A stretch of DNA of 64,000 bases from the NCBI GenBank assembly GCA_964106645.2, contig OZ067038.1, one strand, 5' to 3'. Position numbers and translations under genes: made by a program. The notes under the pieces were generated by a model, which saw only the letters and a list, made by a program, of their open reading frames with translations, was not told the DNA's origin and did no database searches. Positions 39,749 to 51,448 of the stretch are shown here, piece after piece (position 1 is the stretch's first letter; every line of letters starts with the position of its first letter). This DNA is from Podarcis pityusensis (lineage: Eukaryota).

Positions 39749-40660
39749 AACTTGTGGGTGCAGAGCTTTATGGGAAGTAAGCTTCCGTGTTAAGCACTGC
39801 CAAAGGGGGGACGTAAGAGGGGCTCCTTTGAACCCTATGCTGATTTCTTCTTGTGGCATAGCTTTGGCAGCATTAAGGTGGTCCCTGGTTCATCTGAGCC
39901 ACAGGGGACCACTAACATTGAGTCCCTCAAAGACCAAATCAAGTTAAGAAATTAAATAAGCTATGGCAATTTCAATTAAAAAAAATGAAAGCAGACTCCT
40001 TTCTTCCTTGCCCTCCTGGAATGCTTATCACATTATGCTTTCTGGCACACGATGATTATTCTGTATAACGTCCATGTGTGTAAACAAGTGCAAAGACATT
40101 TTGGGGAATGCAAATTGCTACTTTAAAAGCTTCCAGGGACTGGTGTGTGGCCAATGGGATTTTGTGACTTAGCCTCCCACTTTGAACGGCTGATCATCGT
40201 GGCATATCACAAACTACTTTCGAAATTCTCTTCGTTTTAAAAGCTCTTAGGCATGTAGTATAGAGCATGGCTGACTGAAAACTCTCAAGTGCAACCGAAC
40301 TAGGAATCTGGTTCCTTGGATCCTATCCACTGCCTGAATTTGTATTATCAACAAGTGCAAGTTGGCAGATTTGTGCAGTTTGAAACTACTTCAGCATACT
40401 AGACCCCATAGTGAGCAGCCACCTGTTTTGCAGTCAGTCTTACTGGATTACTGCCAACAAGTCAGAGTTGCTCTTTCTTTGGACAACTTTGAAATCTAGA
40501 TACGTGCTAAAGTGGCATGAGCGAATAACGGATAACTATTTCCCAGCTGTACCCCCACCCAACTAGGAAGTACAGAGTCCTCATAATATGATTTTCTAAA
40601 CACTATTTATCAGCCTCTTAATCAACAAAATCCTCAAAGTGGTGAACATCAAACCATATA

Positions 40661-40813
40661 CAGTGGAACCTCGGTTCTCGAATGTCTCCATTGACGAACA
40701 TTTCCGAACCCGAACGCCGAAAACCCGGAAGTAAATGCTTCTGTTTTCAAACGCGCCTTGGAAGTCAAACAGTCTTCCGGAATGTATTATGTTTGAAAAC
40801 CAAGGTTCAACTG
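40661..40813. mobile_element. Tc1/mariner/Tigger-like MITE
   Basis: TA|CAGTGGAACCTCGGTT...AACCAAGGTTCAACTG|TA. Confidence 0.75.
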
Positions 40814-40943
40814 TACAGTAAAACATGCCAATAAAATAAAACTTTTAAAACACATTGACATGAGAATGTGTCAGTATGTAAGTGATATCCGGATATATAG
40901 CATCATATTGTAAAATTACTTGTCCGGATAGGATTGCTTAAAC

Positions 40944-41297
40944 TGTATACCTGAAGGAGCGTCTTCACCCCCATCATTCAGCCCGGACACTGAGGTCCAG
41001 CTCCGAGGGCCTTCTGGTGTCTCCCTCACTGCGAGAAGTGAGGTTACAGGGAATCAGGCAGAGGGCCTTCTCAGCAGTGGTGCCCGCCCTGTGGAAAGCC
41101 CTCCCATCAGATGTCAAGAGGATAAAGAACTACACAACTTTTAGAAGACACTTGAAGGCAACCCTGTATCAGGAAATTTTTTAAATATTTGATGTTATAT
41201 TATGCTTTTATATGTGTTTGAACCTGCTCAGAGTGGCTTGGGCAACCCAGCCAAACGGGTGGGGTATAAATAATAAATAATTTATTATTATTATTAT
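40944..41297 (+). mobile_element. L2-clade LINE 3' fragment (copies at 59028-59437 on - and 63000-63416 on +)
   Basis: RAFSxxAPxLWxxLPSDVK-type coding remnant and AT-rich simple-repeat tail; the three copies are mutually similar. Confidence 0.8.
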
Positions 41298-42184
41298 AGC
41301 AGCACACTGAAAACAATACAGCAAATATTCTGCCTAATAATGTCCACCTAATAATAATATGTCATTCAAACAATAATTTTACATGCCACGTACAAACATA
41401 GTGGCATAGGACCCAATTAGCCCCCACAGTAAAATATTTTGAGGAGGCTGGGCCCCCGCAAAGGTGATGGGCATTGCCATTCAAATGGTGTGTGTGCACC
41501 ATGTCATGTGATCAATTATGCGAGGTGGGGCTTCCCTGGGCCCCCACAATGTTTTATTCAAGTTGGCACCCCTGCATAGGGGTGATTGACAGCCGTCATT
41601 CTATGTTGCGCAACACATGAAGCTTTCCTCTTTCAACCCTACATTCTGTTTCTGCCAGTCTGCTTCAAGCTACTAGCAAAGCTTTGACGCTGATCTCTTT
41701 TGAGGCCTCTGCCCCCTTGCACTCAGCCGTTTGTCATCCCAAATGATCCAAATGATACAGAAGGAATACATAGCTTAGGTAACTAAAGGATACAGATTTT
41801 TTTTTTTATCGTGCCATAAATCATCAAGCAGAGGGCATTTTATTTCTCCATAGCCTCACTGCCTGTAGACACAGCACTGCAGGAAGGCAGCAAAAAGGGG
41901 GCTGAATTTTCCTGGTGTGTCTTCTAAACATGTTAAGAGATCAAATGCAGGAGTTGGTTAGCAGGGGAATAGCACAGAAGGGATTTCTCTCCTCCCTGCC
42001 TGCCCCCACTTCATTCATTTTTCATTTTTCTTGCACGTCCCCAAGCACATGGCAGATCACAGTTGCTATACCAAGTGTGCTGCTGGTTATTAACATCCCT
42101 CCTACCCACCACACAAATATGCTTACTTACCTCCAACAATTTACATCCTGTACACAGTATGAAAACTTTCTCTCATGCCCACTA

Positions 42185-42409
42185 CAGTGGTACCTTGGGT
42201 TACAAACACCTCAGGTTACAAACACTTTGGGTTACAGACTCCATTAACCCAGAAGTAGTACCTCAGGTTAAGAACTTTACCTCAGGATGAGAACAGAAAT
42301 GGCGCCACGGTGGCGTAGTGGCAGCAAAAGGCCCCATTAGCTAAAGTGGTACCTCAGGTTAAGAATGGACCTCCGGAACGAATTAAGTTCGCAACCAGAG
42401 GTACTACTG
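42185..42409. mobile_element. Tc1/mariner-type MITE (third copy)
   Basis: TA|CAGTGGTACCTTGGGTTA...AGAGGTACTACTG|TA. Confidence 0.85.
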
Positions 42410-42554
42410 TATATCGCAATACCCAAAGGGAGCTAATTCAACCATTAAGGAATCTTTGCTGTGGGAAGTCATTTACTGGTACTTCAATCTCAGCAGCAGC
42501 ATTTTGCCTTTTTTAAAAAAGCAATATACCCCTTCTCTTCTTTTCTTTTCCTAG

Positions 42555-42709
42555 TACAAGGAGTGCAGCCAAGCTTCATTAAAAAATTTAGACATGCTAC
42601 TCTTCAAGAAGGAGATGATTTAAACCTGCACTGTACAATATCTGGAAGACCAAGGCCAAATGTCATTTGGACAAAAGATGGCATCAGGGTGGCAGCCAGA
42701 GGAACGAGT
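42555..42709 (+). CDS. Intergenic exon A: N-terminal half of an extra Ig I-set domain (VQGVQPSFIKKFRHATLQEGDDLNLHCTISGRPRPNVIWTKDGIRVAARGTS)
   Basis: Strong pyrimidine tract plus CTAG|TA acceptor, AGT|GTATGT donor, 155 nt, phase 1/0; I-set hallmarks P-x-F, C, G-x-P-x-P and W-x-K-D-G. Confidence 0.85.
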
Positions 42710-42808
42710 GTATGTCACAGTGTTTTGTAAATGCTCCTTTGGGAAGAACACCACATGTCTGGCTTCACACAGCTAATCTCCCTCTATCTGTATTTCATTG
42801 TTTTGCAG

Positions 42809-42938
42809 ATTGAGAAATTAGGGGACACCTATTACCTTTTAAAAAGAAACGCGGTCCTTGCTGACTCTGGGAAATATCTCTGCATTGCCACTAATGAAGT
42901 CGGGGAGGCCTCTTGCTCAGCTTTCGTAAGAGTAATAG
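42809..42938 (+). CDS. Intergenic exon B: C-terminal half of the extra Ig domain (IEKLGDTYYLLKRNAVLADSGKYLCIATNEVGEASCSAFVRVI)
   Basis: TTTTGCAG|ATT acceptor, ATAG|GTAACT donor, 130 nt, phase 0/1; D-S-G-x-Y-x-C-x-A-x-N-x-x-G motif. Confidence 0.85.
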
Positions 42939-43027
42939 GTAACTTGGCACACATTATTGGGTCACGTTAGTATAATAAATGAAGACCTTGCTCCCAACTC
43001 TGGCTTGACATCCCCATTTTGTTTCAG

Positions 43028-43184
43028 AGCAGAATAAAAATGTTCCTAGTGCAACTGAGACTAAATCAAAGCAGGAGAGCTGCTATTCATCAGGAAAAGT
43101 GAAGGCTGATGCACCTGAAGCATTGCAAGGTCAGGATTCGCGTTGCTTGAGAGGTCAAAGGCAAACTAAAAACTGTTCCGTGAG
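43028..43184 (+). CDS. Intergenic exon C: polar linker (EQNKNVPSATETKSKQESCYSSGKVKADAPEALQGQDSRCLRGQRQTKNCSV-R)
   Basis: TTTTGTTTCAG|AG acceptor, GAG|GTAACT donor, 157 nt, open in the frame set by exon B, phase 1/2. Confidence 0.65.
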
Positions 43185-44272
43185 GTAACTTCAATTTATG
43201 TTTTCTTACCTTGTCAAGTCCTGCGGCAGCTGTTTCAGCATTTCATTTACAGAGATTTCATACCGCTCTCTCCTTTTAGCACTGTACTATTTTGAACAAT
43301 CAAAGGAAATGCCACACAAAAAGGAGCCAAAGGGGTGTGTGCAGTGTCTTGCGTGCTGTGCGCACCCCAGTTGTCCCAAACTATTCCACGCACACTAACA
43401 CGTCCCCTTGAAAAGCTACACCTAAAGGCAGAGGGTCCCTTTTAAGTACTGGAGCAAAGTACTGTAGGTGAAAAGGGAAACCAGCTGTTCCCTCATGGGC
43501 TTGCACATAAGTGCCTCAGCCCAACAATTATTTCCTAACAAAATTTTTGAATGTGTGTGTGCACGCTAAGGTTATCTCAGAAATCAAGATGGGCAACGGG
43601 ATACATATAGCCTTTGACCCCCTCTGGCAGCAGGGAGAAACACTGAGAATTGTGTTGGTGTCATTTAATGAATCGGGTTTCTGGTCAATAAGAACATGTG
43701 GGTTTTCAAGCATTGTTTCAGATTTTGCCTCTGACCAACTCAAAACTTTTCACTAAGGCAGCCAGCTAACTTAGCATTTGTGAAAATCTAGTCATGTGAT
43801 TCTCCCACCAGCAGTTTGAAATGGTTTACCACGTACTTTCACAGCACTTTGGAGATGTGGCTATTTGGTGATTATTAACATTCATGAAGCACCAATAATA
43901 CTAGCCGATAAAGTTTGGCGTGGTTTTTTCTTTGTATGGCGCATGGCTGGAATGCCCCACATAGAGGAAGTGATAATCAGCACTTAGTGTCTAAAAATAG
44001 TGGTGTCGGGGCTTAAACCTGCCTGCGAACTATGCCATGTGTCCTGAAAAACCTCCTCTTTAATCCAAGAATGTGGAGACAGACTGAAGTTGCCCAGTGG
44101 TGGCACTTTTAAATATGACTTCATGCATTCCAGAACCACAGCCCTGTTGTTCAGAGAGTGGCTGAACTCTAGTGAGCCTGGAAACAACTTAAGCCCTGGT
44201 GGTAATGGTTGGTTGTGATCTCCAGCTATCCTGGTTGCACTAGAAAACTGGACTTCCTTCTTTTGACTACAG

Positions 44273-44354
44273 AAAAACCATACAGCTGTCCTTTAATCAC
44301 CACCCCAAAGTTCCATCAAGACTGCAAGCAGAAGAGTTGGAAGATGTAGCCTGA
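44273..44354 (+). CDS. Candidate alternative terminal exon D (R-KTIQLSFNHHPKVPSRLQAEELEDVA*)
   Basis: CTTCCTTCTTTTGACTACAG acceptor; continues the phase-2 frame from exon C for 26 codons to TGA. No homology support. Confidence 0.35.
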
Positions 44355-45880
44355 GTCATTCAAGCAACAAACATTAATGGAGAAATACAGTACAAGATGT
44401 TAGTTTCAGAATCACGAGGATATTCAGAAATGGCCTCCTCAGCAAGCTCTACATAATGTTTCCCAAAATGGTTTTAGAATTATCACACAGCAGGTGGCAC
44501 AGATTGCGTGGTCATCTCTTGTGTTCAGTATACCCAGAAGTTTTATTTTATGTGATCGTAAAGACTTTTGATCATCATCAGCTCCTGTGAACCTTTATTT
44601 GGGCCCAGTGAGGGCATATTCAATTTTTTTAAATTTATTACTTTCTCTATCCAAAAGGTTCAGGTTGGAGTTGCACTACGTGATCATATTATTGTCTACA
44701 GTAAGTCCACAACTTATGCAGTGATTAAGTTCCAGGGATCGAACTCAAAGCCCAAATTGTGTTTGGTCAAAACCAATTGGGTTCAATGGCTGGCAGGATT
44801 GGCAAAGTCATTCCCGCCCCCCCGACCCGAACCATGCTCCCCTTTTTAAATTTTTTGTCATATGCGTAAAGCTGAATGCACACAAGTTAAATGTGTTTAA
44901 AGCTGCAGGCTTACTGTGTTCATCCATCAACTTTAAAGACAGTTTCATAGCAGAGAGGAAATTGGGTTGGCCCAATTGCATCCACCCAGGTAGTTTTCCT
45001 GGGACAGCAGTGTTTTCAGACCACCAGTGAAACCGTCTGCACTCCAAAGGTACACAAGCAGTATCCCTTCCAACAGGGGTGGGGATCCTCAGGCCTTGGG
45101 GACAAATGTTTATTTTATTAACTAAATTTCTATGTCACCCTTCATCCATAGATCTCAGAGCAGTTCACAGCATAAAAATACAAGACAAATGTGGCCCTCC
45201 AGGTCCTTGGAACACCCCCCCCCCAGTCTTGCTCCACATCCTCCTCGAGTGTTTTTGCCTAGCTGGAATATGTCCTTGAACTCTGATCTTGCCTCTTAGT
45301 TACCTGGGCGGAGGATAGAGAGGGATGTGTGAGGGTGTGTAGAAACTAGTCTGGTGTATAAAGATAAATTTTATTTCTCCACCCAATTTTCATAGGAAAA
45401 CGTCAAATGGGGAAAAAAAGTGCTTTACTTTTGTTCTGAGTGGACAGTTAGCATTGCAGCCAGACTTGGAAGCTATACCAAAATGAAAGCTGGCTATTAT
45501 TCCAAACACACCAGATTGGCACATCAGAGCAATTAACTCAAAGCATCTCTCTGACAACGGAGTCCCTATCCTGCTCTTTATATCGAGCTTTTTAAAAGAA
45601 ATGTCAATGATGCTCAGGATGAAACACACGTGAGTGACACACATACAAAATGGCACCTCTATAATGAGTTCTCCCCCCTTTACTTTATAACGTGCCGGAG
45701 CACTCATCATTATGTTGGGAGTTTCCTCACCCCTGTTACTGGCTGCCAGGGTGGTGAAATTCACAACACAATAGTATCAGATCCTTGCTTGAATGTGGCT
45801 GTATATCACTGGGATGATTTTGTCATGCGGGTGTACGCAATTTGAAGCTTCACAATTTGAAGGCTGTTACCCTTATCACA

Positions 45881-46244
45881 GGGACGCGGGTGGCGCTGTG
45901 GGTTAAACCACAGAGCTTAGGATTTGCCAATCAGAAGGTTGGCGGTTCAAATCCCTGCGACGGGGTGAGCTCCCATTGCTCGGTCCCTGCTCCTGCCAAC
46001 CTAGCAGTTTAAAAGCACGCCAAAGTGCAAGTAGATAAATAGGGACTGCTCCGGCGGGAAGGTAAACGGCATTTCTGTGTGCTGCTCTGGTTTGCCAGAA
46101 GCGGCTTAGTCATGCTGGCCACATGACCCGGAAGCTGTCTGCGGACAAACGCCGGCTCCCTCGGCCTATAGAGCGAGATGAGCATGCAACCCCAGAGTCG
46201 GTCACGACTGGACCTAATGGTCAGGGGTTCCTTTACCTTTACCT
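45881..46244 (+). mobile_element. Full-length Sauria SINE with 14-bp TSD
   Basis: GGGACGCGGGTGGCGCTGTGGGTTAAACC head, B-box-like GGTTCAAATCC and (ACCTTT)n tail; flanks TTACCCTTATCACA (45867-45880) and TTACCCTTCTCACA (46245-46258). Confidence 0.92.
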
Positions 46245-48587
46245 TTACCCTTCTCACATGGTAATATATGATAAGACCATGTTTGTTATATATTATATAG
46301 AGAGATGATTTTAAAGAAAATAATTCAGTGTAAAAGTAAACAAGTACGAAACAAGTTACAAAATATAAAGCAAGGACAAAGGTGGTTACAAATAATTCAT
46401 ATACTGTTGCATAATCAGTTTGAAGGAGTCGAGCAGGCAGGTGGCAATATTCTAGCATCTTCCATGCAGCTTCCAGGCTGCCATGTTGCTCTCTTCCGAC
46501 CCAAAAGTTATTACTGAAACCACAAATGAGAATAAGGGGAAGGCAGGGGATGACCATGCTGACTAACTTCAGTTAACTCAAAAAGCTGCAAACTTATTCT
46601 GTATACTTCCCCCCCCCCCAGCAATTTTCACTTTTGTGTGCGTTTCTCCAATAAGAAAATGTGCCACAATATATGATCCCATGTCTTCAGTTTTAAGGAG
46701 GTTAGAGATATTGGAAATTGCCACTCAAAAGAGCACATCAACTGAGCTCTCTGATTTTTAGGTGTGAGATGGGATGTATTGGAGAGGCCCTGCACCTTTG
46801 GGTTTGTTTATGACTTCTTCTGTCTTAGCCCAGAGTAAAGAGCTTTGCTCATCTGTCACAAAAGTTGTGGACTATGTTCTTGTTTGCTTCCTTTAGCTTA
46901 TCACACATTTCCTCCTCACAGCAAAAGCACAGAAGTGAAATCTGTCTACATAACCCATTATGATTATATTATATCCAACCGCATAGCAAGAACTAAAACT
47001 TAACAAATGTAACTTGTCCATAAGAAATAAATATTTTGCTTGAAAATGTTATAGAAAAGTTCATTTATTTTTTCTCCTCTTACATTTTGTGAACACATCA
47101 GAATGTGACTATGTGCATATAAACAACACTTGGGAAGACACATCCCTCTCCTTATCTTTCAAAAGTATTGATTTGTTGAAAAAGCAGCAAACAAAAATGA
47201 AACTTCAGTTTCTAGACGTAATGCATATTCATTCAGACAACACCCACAATTCATGGTTTGACAATAAATCATATGTTACACTGTAGCCATTCTGTAATAA
47301 ACCATGTGGTTAATGATGACTGTTCATTAGAGATGAAAGTAATTTATTTGTAAATCACTGGGAATGCAAAAAAAATAAAACAACCCGCTTACTAGACTAC
47401 AGGTTTTTAAATTCCATCTTTCTCACACACATATATTTTGCTATTTCCTCTGTGTGGAGATTTAAAACCAAGTAGAGAAGAATGTCTGAAAAGGGCTATA
47501 GTTATAGGGAATAAAGCTGACCCTTAGAAGAGCTTTTGAATTACTTGTGCCTTGTCATTGTGGTTGGTATCAGTCCTTCATATACTCTGGTGCTCTAGTC
47601 AGCGACTAATTTTAGTAGCTGCCATGTTTTAAATTGGGCCTGGGCTGAAGGCCTAGCAAGATTGGCTTCAGCTGCCTACGGCTGACACAAGCCGACACAC
47701 AACCACACGGGAGGCTTAAACTTTGTCTCCTTAGTAGAAACAACCACAGAAGTTCTGACACAGTTTTGATGCTCTGGTTTTTGTTTTTTGCTTGACTAGC
47801 CAAGGGAATAGCCGTTGTACATAACTAGGGTCTAGGGGAAAGTCTGTAGAATTTGGGGAAAAGACAAAAAGTCCCCTGTGGCCTGAACTGAACCCTTATT
47901 GTAATGCTACTGCTGCCTTGGGGAAAAGTAAGATCCTACGCGGACACCGTAGAGTTGAGGCGATAGCCATAGATCAAACCAGCCCTGGTTGTCAAAAAAG
48001 GCGAGAGTACAGGTAATTTTAATCCTAAATATATAACTATATAGGGCACTATTCTACATTTTTGCAAAAGTGTAAGGACTAACACCACAAGGGAAACACA
48101 CAAGTGAACACTGTCCCCCAATATGATACGGAGGCTTGCGTGGAAATCTGAGAACAGATTTATGGGGTGTGGGTGGGGTAAGAAGAAGGGGAGATGATTC
48201 AGTTGCACAAGGAGAAATCCTTGCACTAATGCTTTGTTGTAGTCTCGTTGCTAAGCAACAACGTGCCGAGCTCACCAGAGTGGGAGGCCAGCCAATCAGA
48301 AGAGTCTCTGAGGTGTACTTACTTCAGATATTGAAGTCAGATCCAGTGCTAGATCCAGTGACAACTGGGCATGGCAATAGTTGAGAAGCCATTTTGAGAC
48401 ACATGGCGAAAATAAAACGCTTCTCTCGTTTTCCCAGTCTTAAGTTCAGTTTTCCACATTTCCGTATCAGTTTGTATTTTTAAAATTCTTTGGTATTTTT
48501 GTGTGAATTTCTACTAAGATACATATTTATACTGCAAACTACACTGTGACCCTTGCATGATGAGCAGTATATAAATTTAATAAATAG

Positions 48588-48636
<49 letters not shown>

Positions 48637-49920
48637 AAAGCAGTTTTCCTTAAGTTTTGTATGTTATGGTCACTAAGCAACTTTATGCACACTTTAGCTG
48701 AGTATATGCATTTTGGTTTACATTACAAAAGAACACCACTGCAAAATTTGGAAAAGTGCAAATTTCAAAAAGGTATCTGTGTTCTGGTTCATCTATTGTT
48801 CCGAAAAGTGGGTGCGTTTAAATGTGAACTGAGTGGAATTTCTCTAGATGAAAAAGCTGGCTATACATTTCATAAATAAATGAATTAATATTTCCTCTAA
48901 AAATGGTTCAGTCTTTAAGAAGACATTCAAGAGGGAGCTTGCTAAAAATTGTTACTTTCCAGATTTTAACTACTACCCTAATAACATGGCTGTTTCCCCT
49001 GGTAATATGGATTAACACTTCGGCAATAATTTAGTGTTTTGTCCACATAATGAAACTTTAATCATGATGCTAAGTTTCCAGCTTTGCATCCAGAACATCA
49101 TAAACTTCCTAGACAAGTTGTGTTCACCATCCATCTTGGAGAGCTGGGCTGTGTCCAACCTTTGTCACAGTTCATCGTGAAACCTTGAGTAAACCACTAT
49201 TTTCAGCCTCAGTTCCCCATCCAACAAATGGGAGTAAAGGTGACCTATCTCTCATAATCATGATGGAGACAACCCCACTTTTCAAATTAAAATGTCCCTT
49301 AAGTGGTATTCAACTAAATTTTACTCAGAGTATACCCACTGAAATTAATGAACACCAATGAGCAGATTTTGGTGGGCCAAAGCAGGGTCAGCCCACCAAT
49401 GAGGCCAAGTGAAGTGACTGCCTCAGATGGCAAGATCCACAGGTGCAGCAGATCCCGATGTCAATCTTTCTTCCCCTAATGTTCCTGATGTAGATCTTCA
49501 CTCACCCCTTCTTCCCTTGCAGGGAGGGGAGCACCATTTTGGGGTTCGCCTCAGGTGCCAAAATGTCTTGGGCCGGCCCTTATCCAGAAGGTTCCATGGG
49601 GAAGGCAAGATTGGTACCAAAACCAACCTCCTCTCCCCCATGGAAGCCTCATTGCATCCAAGGCCCTTCCATGAACAGAAGGGCACCACGGTTGCAGTCA
49701 ACGTCTTATCTCTGCTTTCATTTTCTGCGAAGTGGGGAGGTGGACTGCAAAACACCACCCCTCTTGAACATTTCTGCTGTTTGCAGCACAGTTTTTATTC
49801 CTCTTTGCTAAATCCAACCTCTGATCTCTGATCAAGGATTATTTCCAATTTATATGAAATAAACAAATGCTTTTGTTTGCATCGGAACATGCTTCGTTTA
49901 AGTCATCCTAGAAGCAATGT

Positions 49921-50263
49921 GGGACGCAGGTTGTGCTGTGGTCTAAACCACTGAGCCTCTTGGGCTTGCCGATCAAAAAGTTGGCAGTTCGAATCTTCAC
50001 AACGGGGTGAGCTCCCGTTGCTCTGACCCAGCTCCTGCCAACCTAGCAGTTCGAAAGCAGACCAGAGCAAGTAGATAAATAGGTACCGCTCCAGCGGGAA
50101 GGTAAGTGGTGTTTCCGTGTGCTGGTGACATGACCCAGAAAGCTGTCTGTGGACAAACGCCAGCTCCCTTGGCCTGAAAGCGAGATGAGCGCCGCACCCC
50201 ATAGTTGCCTTTGACTGAACTTAACTGTCCAGGGGTCCTTTACCTTTTTTTTTTTTTTTTTTT
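49921..50263 (+). mobile_element. Sauria SINE with internal deletion, T-homopolymer tail and 11-bp TSD
   Basis: Same head and body as the 45881 copy; TAGAAGCAATG at 49909-49919 and 50264-50274. Confidence 0.9.
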
Positions 50264-50859
50264 TAGAAGCAATGCCTTAACTTCCTGAGATTCCTGCATT
50301 GCAGGGGGTTGGACTGGATGACCCTTGGGGTCCCTTCCAACTCTTCAATTATATGATTCTATGAACTTTCTTCAGAAGTGCTAATCACTCTGACATGTAA
50401 AGGCTTTATTAAGTCAAAATAATATATTCTTCCAGTATAATAAGTCCACCTGGTATGCAACCAGCTTACTTATTTGACCTGGAGATAGACAGTTGAATTT
50501 GCCCTTTTTTTGTTCGCAAGGAGGCAAATGGATGGTTTGGCTGGACTGGGACTAGAAGAGCCCATTACTTAGTTGACTCTTTATCACAATTAGCTAATAA
50601 CATCTCTATTAACACACCCACCCACATGACCCCATTTCTTTACTCTCCCACTTTTTTAAAAAAAAGATACCTAAGGCATGAACTCCTTAGTAGCATCGGA
50701 TACAATCCCAGTTCCCCACACAACTATACTTTGTGGAAAAAAACCTGGTTGCTTGTTCCTCAGTATGGCCTCTCTTTCTAGTGCCAAAATTAGCATTGTC
50801 AATCAGGCAAACAGGTGGCCCATTGCATTAAGCGGACATACACCCCTTTTTGCTGGGGA

Positions 50860-50948
50860 AGCCAATCAGAAGTGGCGCCGAGGTGACAGAGGCAGACTTG
50901 TCAGCAGATCTGGGGTATAAAAAGCTAAACAACCATGTTAGCACTTCT
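50860..50948 (+). promoter_or_regulatory. TTN: TTN core promoter (CCAAT box 50862-50866, TATA box 50916-50923)
   Basis: GCCAATCAG and TATAAAAA; the TATA box starts 33 bp upstream of the recognised start of exon 1. Confidence 0.85.
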
Positions 50949-51163
50949 GAGCAGTCGTGCATTCCCAGCCTCGCCTCGGGTGTAGGGATTGCAGGGAAAA
51001 GCAAAACTACACCGTCTCAACCGTGTAGTTTTGTTTTTTTCGGCTAGAGGCTCAACCATTCTCATGTTGGGATTGTTTAAAATCATACTCTGGATAAGGA
51101 CGTCGTTTAAGGAACTTACGTTTGGGCGTAGCCCACCCAATTTAGGCACTCTTGTGCAATCAG
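50949..51163 (+). other. TTN: TTN exon 1 (non-coding 5' UTR)
   Basis: Begins GAGCAGTCGTGCATTCCCAGCCTCGCCTCGGGTGTAGGGATTGCA, matching the recalled 5' end of human TTN mRNA; ends at CAG|GTGAGT. Confidence 0.9.
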
Positions 51164-51407
51164 GTGAGTGGCATGCCTGGGTTGACTGAGCTGTGTTTTC
51201 TATGTCAAGTAAAGCCCTGGTACAAAATGCATGTACCTAGGAGTGTCTAGTAGCTTGAATTAAGGGGGTGGGGTGGGGGAAAAGCATGAAGTCCTACATG
51301 ATTCTTTTAAACCAGAATGCAGAAGTAGAGATCTCTTGGCAAATGAATTTTTAGGTCTTTGTAATAGTTGGCTAATATGTCTTTAAATGTGCTTGAGTGT
51401 GAAAAGC

Positions 51408-51448
<41 letters not shown>

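Noticed and set aside
42461-42970. Exons A/B as an independent gene or processed pseudogene
   Set aside because: No start codon or promoter context; the introns are retained with canonical sites, and exon A begins with a phase-1 acceptor that matches the CCDC141 internal donor.
45881-45960. tRNA-like A/B boxes (also at 1571 and 49921)
   Set aside because: These are SINE heads, not tRNA genes.
46009-46557. 182-aa minus-strand ORF
   Set aside because: Antisense reading through a Sauria SINE and AT-rich flank; no protein-like features.
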